22,861 nucleotides of DNA from Bugula neritina. Lineage: Eukaryota; Animalia; Bryozoa. A program made the position numbers and the translations under genes. The first letter of the stretch is position 1. Every line of letters begins with the position of its first letter. Below are positions 12,254 to 22,861 of the stretch, one piece after another. The notes under the pieces are model-generated. The model was given only the letters and a program-made list of their open reading frames with translations, did not search any database and was not told the origin of the DNA. The stretch spans positions 56,509 through 79,369 of the forward strand of contig CAXIUT010000181.1 in NCBI GenBank assembly GCA_964035545.1, written 5' to 3'.

Positions 12254-13630
12254 TCATTTTTTCTATTATTAGTCTAGATATACCACAACAGGTGAACCCT
12301 TACTCGAACTGCTCCCCTTAGAATACGACCTCTACTTCACATTCACCTTCTACTTCATCTTCATCTTCAAACCTTGAAGATTCTCACCTTGGTTAGTCTA
12401 TCCGTTCTTCATGATATCTTTCTCACGCTGACTCATCTAGTTCAAACTCACACTCTATATCTATCACTACTATTACATTCATCTTATTCAGCAACTCCTT
12501 CTAATCCACCATCAATCTCACTTCCTTCCAAATAGGACTATTTTGTCCTTCTTCTCTCATCATTTTTTCCATTTCTATGAGATAGTTTTGCTGTGGACCA
12601 AGAATAGATCCAGGTCTAACGATTCTGATCCATCCAATGAAGCCAGCAGCAGGAAAGTAATAGTGTTTCATAGAATAGCATCCGATAAGAGTACCAGTTC
12701 TTCCAAGCCCAGCTTTACAATGAACAGCAATAGCTCCTTTCTAATTTTAGGCAACGCTAATAAACTTCCTAACAATATCCAAAGAAGGAACAGATCCATC
12801 AGGAAAGTACAACTAGTGATGCTTGATTCCATTTTTAACAAAATCATTGGCCTCGTAGGTTTTATTATTCAATCTGACAACAGTGGTAATATTCAACTTT
12901 TTAAAGACAGGGACATAGTCTGTTGGCGTAAAGGTTCTATTCTTAGTAACTGGATAATTACACCATATTTGTCAGTTGGCTTATCAGATGGAGAACTAAA
13001 CGCCATAAATTTATTCGGCAATATCCAATTCAAATCCCCATTCTCTATCTTCTAGTAGTGCTAGTACTAAACCAGATTAAATGTTTTATAATTGAACCAT
13101 CCCAACTTAATCGCATACTACAAACCTATCAAACAATCCAGCAACTATCCTAATCATATTTTTACTGTGCATTTATAGGTACACTCTGCATATCCTGCAT
13201 CTCTGAAGGGTTTTAGCTTGATCTCCTTGAATGGCTAGAAGGCCTACTTAGCAGTCCTACCCATCGATATGATCTTTGTTATCTAGTGGATATACCTGAA
13301 ATGCTCCCATGAGATAGGCAGCATTGGCGCATTTATCTGGAAGAGTGCTGGTATAGTGATAGATCTGATTGGATTTGTATTAGGGGTGTGCTAGTAATTT
13401 TTATAGTTCTGTAACATACTTCCATGTTTTTCCTATACTTAATGGTCCAAAATCTTCATTAAAACTGTCATAAACCAGATCCTAGATAACGAGTTCTAGT
13501 ACATTGTCGATATTAAAATAAAAAGATTTTGCTATGTTCTTTGGCGGGTCATTGTCAGATATCCAGTAAAGCCTGCCTATGTTAATCATCTTCTACCCTT
13601 CACTATCTCAACCGCCCTCGTCTTCTTCAT
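12254..13630 (-). CDS. CDC14: Cdc14 dual-specificity protein phosphatase, 6-7 introns
   Basis: [81 protein letters not shown]. Introns 13577-13596, 13482-13502, 13274-13295, 13145-13165, 12942-12961, 12455-12476, and possibly a 21-nt one just before the stop. Confidence 0.96.
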
Positions 13631-13697
13631 TATTAAATCAACAAATTATTAACTCATACAATATCCATAAAATTTATATATCAAAAAACATCACCAA

Positions 13698-13750
13698 AAG
13701 ATCATAACAATAAAAGAATATAACCATAAGATCATAACAATAAAAGAATA
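13698..13750 (+). repeat. 23-bp direct repeat AAGATCATAACAATAAAAGAATA x2 (period 30) in the divergent promoter region
   Basis: Exact copies at 13698-13720 and 13728-13750. Confidence 0.85.
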
Positions 13751-13918
13751 ACCAATATCATTACTAATCATCATTTTTATAATTATATTTATCAATAGAT
13801 TTGTTTGTTAAGGATTATCATTTATAACTTTTATAAAATATAAATAAATAATAAAAATAGGAACAAAAATGACTCAGTATAGCAGCATTCATAACAACTT
13901 ATAATATAAAATATAAAG

Positions 13919-14470
13919 ATGCAACTAGTTCTGATAGAAGCCTAGTACGTAACCATATACTGCTATATTGGAACAAAGTAGCAGACACTTAGTACTCTCC
14001 GAGATCTAAATGTATAGTAAAGACAAGTAGTAAAGATAATTTTCTATCTAACTAATTTAACTCTGTCCTAGTACTAATAATTTTACAACCTAGTTAACAA
14101 TCAATTCTCTTCTTTATTTGCTCTATACTCAATCAACATTCTGATGGTAAATGATCCCAACTAGATACAAGAACTGATCAGCCATGTCCGTAGTATGAAT
14201 TCTAGAGAGTTTTAGCTGAATTATTTAAGAATACAAGATATCAGCGCCTCGAGAATTGAAGAAAATATCCTAAATCAATATCTATCAAAGAAATTCAAAT
14301 GGAACCTAATCAAAACCAACTACTTCATTGAAAGAAATAAGATTGATTCAGTTAAAAAGATGCTATTATACGATAAATATCCTCACTGGTAAAGAAATAC
14401 TCTTGAAAAGACCCTTTAGTTCAAGAAGTTTTGCTAGAATGAGAAAAGATATCAAGAAGAGTAGTAGTGA
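13919..14470 (+). CDS. Hypothetical protein, about 183 aa (start uncertain)
   Basis: Open frame MQLVLIEAEYVTIYCY...KRYQEEEE-TGA under the TAR=Glu code. It ends 63 nt before the internal telomere tract. Confidence 0.65.
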
Positions 14471-14533
14471 TTGTCAAATAAATATATGAAATAATATTGT
14501 TAAAGTATTAATTATAGATAACAATCAGCATAA

Positions 14534-14606
14534 TTGGGGTTGGGGTTGGGGTTGGGGTTGGGGTTGGGGTTGGGGTTGGGGTTGGGGTTGGGGTTGGGGT
14601 TGGGTT
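14534..14606 (+). repeat. Internal telomeric tract 1, (GGGGTT)n with right-end polarity
   Basis: About 70 nt of perfect G4T2 whose last G run is GGG (14602-14604). Confidence 0.98.
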
Positions 14607-14735
14607 TTTAGTTATCATGATTAATTATTGCAAATATAATCTTATTTATATCTTATTCATTTATCAATAATAATAATAAGAGACATAATCATTCTTTATC
14701 TTACTTCTTTTCTGAAGGTTTCATAAGCCATCTTC

Positions 14736-14881
14736 TCTTCTTTCTTCTATAAATCTTTATTTTAGCTTTTATTTTTTTCTTCAATGTATCTTTGATTGAA
14801 CTTTTCTAATGATAAGTCCAATAAATTCAACCGACAAGAAAGAGAGAAATGCTAAAATAAAGGCTTATAGAAGAAAGAAGA
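14736..14881. repeat. Inverted repeat, 31-bp arms with 2 mismatches, 84-nt spacer
   Basis: The reverse complement of 14736-14766 (GCTAAAATAAAGATTTATAGAAGAAAGAAGA) matches 14851-14881 (GCTAAAATAAAGGCTTATAGAAGAAAGAAGA). Confidence 0.9.
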
Positions 14882-14933
14882 TAAATCTAGATAAAGTCTA
14901 GCTTTCAATTTTTCAAAATGATAATGGATTGAA

Positions 14934-16541
14934 TCATTTCTTTGAATCTTTAAACGACCATCGATCTGAACTTTCTTCTTCTTTCTTAATAACTTTTTAA
15001 TTATTCTTTTTCTCTACTTTTTACTCTTCTCTAAAAGGAACAACACAAAAATTCTTCTCATGATAAAAACATTTCCATTTATTAACAACTTTCTACATCT
15101 ATTTCATCTAAGATGATGATAGTTATTTTGCTATTTCCTTTATTTATTTTTCATTGTCAAATAGTTATTCAAGTGTCAAATCATATTTTTCTGTTTCTCT
15201 TGGTATTTCATCTAAATTGAATAATCCTCTGAAATAATTTAGACTTAATAATGTGTTTTTACCTGTATAATCTTATTCTCGATATAAATTCTCTTTAGGA
15301 TCAACAGGTAGCAAGTGATCAATCTTTAAATCAGTTTAAGAGTAGTCTTTCCAAACATATATGTGCTTGTAATAACTGAAATACTAAAGAACTTTCACAG
15401 AATATAATGCTTTAGATGGATATTCGCATTTGATAATATCCAAAAAGTCTTGACAATTATTACACCTCATTGCAATAGCCATGATCTAATAATTTTATAA
15501 ACTTTTATTAACCCAAAGCTATGAATGAATAAATAGTCTGTATATTAGTTTTTTATTCAAGTTATCTTCAGAACATATCAGCCAATTTTTAATAATTTTT
15601 TTCTAGTTCTGAGAGTTCTCATTATATTGAATTTTAAGATATTTCTAGCTATTTTATTCATTCTTATATTTTTACTTTATTTATGATTATTTTTATTAAG
15701 TTTGAGTAAACAAACAAGTGTTGTAAACTAAAAAACCTTTAGCTCTTGAAAAAATGCAATTAATTTTCTTGTCTATATACAATTTAACAAGCTGAGAATC
15801 TGCCTATGTAGGAGCTACAATAAAATTTCTTTTGCTATTTTTGAAGATTTGAGCGATTATATTAATTATTTCATCATAAATTACCCAAAAAAGTTATACT
15901 TATGGCTTAAAAGACTATTTTTCCTTAGATTTCTACTATTTTTATTTCTACCCAACAACAACTTTACATATCACTTTATTCTTCTTGTGTTTTTCATATG
16001 ACTTTTTGTGTTTTTCATATGACTTTTTGAATAATGTTTTTGAACCATCAACAATATAATAACTGTTTTTATTAGCTTTTAAAATTATATTTTTGAGTTT
16101 TTGGAAAAACTACAAAATAAAATTATTAATTTATTCTTTGATACTTGAAAATATTATTTTTTGTTAACTTTTTTTTTTTAAAGAAATGTCTTTAATAATG
16201 TTTTTGATCTAATATAAATCAACCTAACCAATAACATTACAGACATCTACTCCAACAATATATGATTAATCCAATATAATTTACTCTTAAATGATAGGTT
16301 CTAGTCGTAGATATTTGTCTGATACCAAAAGATGTCTATTTTAATTAAATTATTTCTCAATACCTGATAAATATTAATCCCATTTTGATAATCTAAATAA
16401 TAATACAATTACATTATAAATTGTTTTGAATTTTAATTCTTTTAAAACTAGATAAAACTTTCTAGTTGAACTCTTGATTTATTTCTTACATTGAAAATAC
16501 GTTTGCCATATTAAGATTTTATATAAGTTATCTAAACCCAT
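14934..16541 (-). CDS. Divergent XPG/Rad2-family (EXO1-like) nuclease-fold protein, about 535 aa, probably catalytically impaired
   Basis: Open frame with XPG motifs in the correct order: MGLDNLYKIL, IVGVDV, YYIVDG, FIVAPTEADSQLVKL (compare EXO1 VAPYEADAQLAYL), and MAIAMRCNN (compare CILSGCDY). The frame stays open about 75 codons upstream of the chosen ATG, so the start is uncertain. Confidence 0.72.
15985..16029. repeat. 21-bp in-frame tandem duplication (KKSYEKH x2) in the XPG-like gene
   Basis: TTGTGTTTTTCATATGACTTT at 15985-16005 and 16006-16026. Confidence 0.9.
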
Positions 16542-18070
16542 TATTTAATACTGTTTAACATTTTTTTTGTGCAAGTAGAGATAATAATATCTATCAACTA
16601 GAAATAAGAGTGCACTGGTATATTATGACAATTACACTTGACCTTATTTTACACCAAAATATTTTGAAGACCATTTCTGTTTTATCATTTTGACTATATC
16701 ATCTATACTTTTTCCTAACAAAACCTGAGAATACTAGTAGAAGGAGTAGTGTATAGTAAAACTGATCTTACATCAGTCAACTAACCGCCACTTTATTATT
16801 AACTGTATAATATTTTAGAACTAATTTGATTACTAGCTATAATTAATATCAAAATTATCCTCGTAATCATAGTAGATAATGATCTAAACTATCCTTAAAA
16901 AAGGTTTTTTTTTATTGAAAATATTCTTCTTGGCAACATTCAAGCTTGTCCTTAATATCTTTTGATGACATATTAAGCTGCTATCTATGCAAATGATGAA
17001 GAAGTAAAATAGTATAATATAATTGATAAATTATCAAGATTCTCTTTTTAATTTTGTTGAAATTGCTTGTAATAAGTATGTTACAGAATGTTTTTTAGTT
17101 TATTGATTTTAGACGATAGTGAATAATGGTCTTGAATAAAACAAAGATAAATTCTTGTTAAATAAACTAGTAATGATCAACCAAACATCAATGTGAAGAT
17201 CAATTTTAAATAATAAATATAAAATAATGCAAAATATTGTTGTTAAACTTAATATCAATAATTTTTATCAATATACTTTTTAACTAAGCATTCTAATTCT
17301 CTTAACTTATCAATAATATTCAATGATAAAGATAAATTTGATGAATTCTGATTTGTCTTATTGTATTGTCATTCTCTTTTCTTGAAAAATTAGATTAAAT
17401 ACTTACAGATAATTGCCCATAAATAGGTACATCCCACCATTTACTTCATCGAAACTAAATAGAGCAAATTCCATACAATAAAAATTTAAATAAAGTTCAA
17501 TAGACTCTACATTGAATATTTATCTCCAAAATAAAATATTCCTAGTTGATAAATATATTAAAACTAAAAATGCTATGTAGATTATCATTAATATCGATGA
17601 CAAATATTTATTTATTGAATTGATAAAATAAGTGTTGATCGACTACTTGTTCAAAATAAACAGCAAATGAATAGAAAATATTAATTTTGATTCAAATTAA
17701 ACCTAATATCAACAAAAACCAATTATTATTATGATATTGATATTAGTAATTCATAAAACATTATTTTTTTATAAAAAACCAAGAATAATATTTTTTAGAT
17801 TATGATTTTACACTATTATGCCTTATTATTATTTATTCTGATTCGCTTTAAGAAATAAATCTAAAAATCAAAAGTATAATATAAATATATTGGTATTTAT
17901 CAATATAAAATCAAAAAGAAGCAACTATAACATGTCATATCGATTAATAAAGAAGATAATTTATCTTAAATACCTTTGAAGAAATAATGATAAAATACCG
18001 TTGCATAAGAGAATATTATATCATTAATTATTTATAATTTAATCATAGATTATCATCATCCTCTATTTTC

Positions 18071-18751
18071 TCAATATTCTTAAATCTGACACTTAGGCTA
18101 CTATCTCTCTTCAGATTCAGACGATTCACTTGAATTGGAAGTTGAACAACAGAATTTTGACTTTATATCATTCAAAAATCTCACTATCTAAGGTAATCTT
18201 GAAAAACATATCAGTTTCCTAAACTATTTTGTATATTATTTCGATATCGCCAGTTCTAGTATGTATGTCTAACATCTTTCTAAGATATCCTAACTTTTTG
18301 ATAGTATTTTATGGATTAAGTCATTAGTATCAATGCTTGACTTTTTCTTTCTTGTTTTTAGAACAAACTATTACATCTTTTTTACTGATAACTATAAAAG
18401 ATCTACTCTTTTTCTATCTCTAATGAAATATTTGACCTTTAGATTCTGGTCTTTAGTTTTACACTGTTTGTAGTTCTTGGTTTTTTATTGAAAAAACTAT
18501 CTCATAAACTACTCAATAAAAGGAAAAAAACGCATAGGTTTCCATTCATACCACGATAGATTATACATCGGATTTTGTAAAGTGAACTCTATTATTCCAC
18601 AGAAGTAGATGATCTCCTCTTATGATGTCCAATGATTCGACATCTTAGCAGAGTTTTTAGTAACATCCAACAAAACATCATTGCTTTTTTTATCTTACCA
18701 AAGACTATCTATAGAGTTAAATTGATTGGTATTCAGCAAAGCATTCTTCAT
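18071..18751 (-). CDS. Myb/SANT-like (trihelix-type) domain protein, about 226 aa (5' end uncertain)
   Basis: Open frame containing HWTSEEEIIYFCGII...FFPFIEEFMREF...KNYKQCKTKDQNLK, matching the W-T-x-E-E ... Q-C-x-x-K-x-x-N-L-K pattern of Myb/SANT-like domains. Confidence 0.62.
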
Positions 18752-20069
18752 AATATTCTAGAATTTTACCTTAAAAACAAATTATAAAGACACAATATTA
18801 CCTTTACATTAAAGGGAGATTAATCAATAATACCTTAAATATGTCAAACAAACAAAATTAAACAATAATCAATCAATAAAAGTATTGTTATCTCAAGGAC
18901 TTAGACATTGAACTATTCTAGAATATTAATAATTATAAGATAAAACTTTAAAATATTCATTCTATTGATAATAATAGATATATATCTTGTTTAGCAGCCA
19001 TGAGATATCAAAATACATAAATAATCTCAACAAAAATAAGGTTATTTCTTGTAAATCGATTCGAATTATCTCAAAAATCATTTGATTTGATAGTATTTTG
19101 ATTAATATAAGTATCTAATTCAATAAAATTAATTTATAACATCATAAAAATGCATGCTCCCTAACGTTTAAACTTAGAATTTTGATTTTCAATTTATTAT
19201 AATAGCTTCAGATCAGAAAAGTTAAAATCGTCAACCCTCGGAAAAACTATTCTTTATTGATAACTTATTGAATCCTCTTATTCATGCCACTTGCTATCGT
19301 TGATATTATTGGAAAGTCAACTAGCCAGAATGATAAAAAATAGTCTTAAATATCCAAAGATTAATATCTTCATTGATCAAGTCTAAATGTTTGAACTATT
19401 TCGACCAGAATCATTTAAATATTTTGATAAAAAAACAAATAGTTCAAATAATAATAATAAATTCAAAAAATAGAACTCCCAAATAACCAATAGATTCAAT
19501 ATGTAATATCTAACCTCCCAAAGAATTGATAAATAAGTGATAATAATCCATAGCTATCTTACTCGATATTTAAAATATTAAAATTAATACATTTTTTTGA
19601 AATTAAACGGATTAATCATGTCACTTCAATCATCTGATCATACATGGAGAATAAGATAAGAATCATAGCATAGTTTTGTTAACATGTTTCTTTTTATTTT
19701 TGATTTGGGATAAAAATTGAGTCGTTTTTGAATTAAATACATATTTTCTATTTCTTACATTGAACATCTTTCATCTCTGAATGTATAAATATCATCTTAA
19801 ATAGCAGATCAACTACTGTAGAAATAGTCAATTATTAACTTTTGCCCTTTGCAATTGCCAACATTTATACCATGATCTTAAATTCAGTGCCTGTAGAATG
19901 AATCAGGCAATAAATGGAATAAACATAAAAAGGATTGTTAAAGTATAAACAACTTAAAAGAAGATATCAAAGGAAAGATCATACTCAGTTTTCAAGTATT
20001 TTAGAAGAAAGTAGCTACTGCATATATCATAACTATCTATTTATTATTATTGATTAAATATGAATCCAA

Positions 20070-21628
<1,559 letters not shown>

Positions 21629-21756
21629 TCTTACTATTCGATTATCTGTGTTGAAAATGCATCTATCATACTGGTTAATATATTTATGATAATGATGATA
21701 ATGAGGAGAAGTCACTACATTGATTTCTGACATTTTATAATTTTATAACAAAAAAA

Positions 21757-22698
21757 ATGGACGTCGAGTCATCATCCAGCTCAAACCAAAAAAACTCATC
21801 ATCCTCTCACAATTCTTTCTCCCATTCTCGTAATCTATTCGCACTTATCGACTAATCATACCATCTCACGCCCTACCGCTCAAATTTCTAACTGTATCTA
21901 CTATAAATATTCAGCCATAGCATCAACTCAGGCAAAAGCAGACAATCCCGCGACTCCGATCTCTTGAACCGTTTAGCAAAATAGCATAAATAACACAGCA
22001 AAGCAAGCAAATCCCTCCACCGTAACATCAGCGATACCAAGTTATCATAGGGCGTTATAAAATAAAAAAACAAACAAAACAAAACTAACAAAATCTCCTC
22101 ATCCAACTAAAATTCCAATTCCTAGAACAGTTCCAGCCAACACTAAAAACCCTCATCGAAAATATAGGCGCATAACATAATCCCTAAAATACACAACTGC
22201 GTCTGCTTCGTCGCAGGTTAGTGTTTGAACTACAACTGCAACTGTTTTTTATCACCATTTCCTTGCGCGCCTTAATGCTGTCCTAACTGTTTGACTTTAA
22301 AGACAAATTTGCCACATAAGAATACCAACATGTGTTCGTGCAAGAAGACAAGATGTCTAAAACTATACTGCTAGTGTCTGTCGAAAGGAGTCTACTGTGG
22401 AGTTATGTGTCGATGCTAGCTATGCGAAAATCACTAGCACAGTTCCTCTAGACTAAAGTAGTTGAATAATACCAAATTGAAGGGATGTTCCTGTCAGAAG
22501 AGTCAGTGTTTGAAAAAATATTGCTAGTGTTTTAATAACCATTTAAAATGTACCACTAAATGCGGGTGTTTTGATTGCCATAATCAACTATAGACCCTTA
22601 TCAAATAGAATAATATCGAACAGGAGTACTAGAAAATGGATGTTGAAGAAGAAATGCAGTTCTAGGATATTGATTTTTTTGGTGGTAAAAAAAAATGA
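21757..22698 (+). CDS. Tesmin/TSO1-like CXC (CRC) domain protein (LIN54 family), about 313 aa
   Basis: CSCKKTRCLKLYCECLSKGVYCGVMCRCELCEN and GCSCQKSQCLKKYCECFNNHLKCTTKCGCFDCHN, with a third degenerate Cys cluster upstream. It may contain a 21-nt in-frame intron. Confidence 0.93.
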
Positions 22699-22767
22699 TT
22701 TTTATTTAATTTTATTATCTCCTTATTTACTATTCTAAAGAAATAATTATCTCTTTATTTATTATTC

Positions 22768-22861
22768 TGGGGTTGGGGTTGGGGTTGGGGTTGGGGTTGG
22801 GGTTGGGGTTGGGGTTGGGGTTGGGGTTGGGGTTGGGGTTGGGGTTGGGGTTGGGGTTGGG
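22768..22861 (+). repeat. Right terminal telomere (GGGGTT)n
   Basis: Perfect G4T2 array to the window end, terminating ...TTGGG. Confidence 0.98.

Noticed and set aside
12543-13055. Supplied 170-aa plus-strand ORF, and similarly 10974..11324 and most other short supplied ORFs
   Set aside because: These are antisense or off-frame shadows of real genes (Cdc14, membrane protein) produced by using the wrong genetic code.
16780-17700. Possible upstream exons of the XPG-like gene or a separate gene
   Set aside because: I could not build a consistent TGA-free spliced frame, so it is left unannotated.

Overview
Telomere-to-telomere fragment of a ciliate macronuclear chromosome, with (CCCCAA)n at 1-80 and (GGGGTT)n at 22768-22861. 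Invariant motifs in at least six unrelated proteins show that TAA and TAG both encode Glu and only TGA is stop (peritrich nuclear code, table 30), so the supplied standard-code ORF track fragments almost every gene. Re-translated by hand, the window holds about 14 compact genes, several with 20-22 nt GT-AG introns. They include an OSBP-family protein, V-ATPase subunit c, a papain-type protease, a head-to-head pair of ciliate membrane-protein paralogs separated by a 22-bp minisatellite, a flavin amine oxidase, Cdc14, class II lysyl-tRNA synthetase and a tesmin/TSO1 CRC protein. The most unusual structure is internal telomeric DNA. Two telomere-length (GGGGTT)n tracts (14534-14606, 20106-20180) in direct orientation bracket a very AT-rich 5.5-kb island that encodes a degenerate XPG/EXO1-like nuclease and a Myb/SANT-like protein, and a short opposite-polarity tract lies at 10106-10120. 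The 20106-20180 tract sits at the 5' end of the LysRS reading frame. The sequence alone cannot distinguish real end-joining or alternative fragmentation from library or assembly chimerism.
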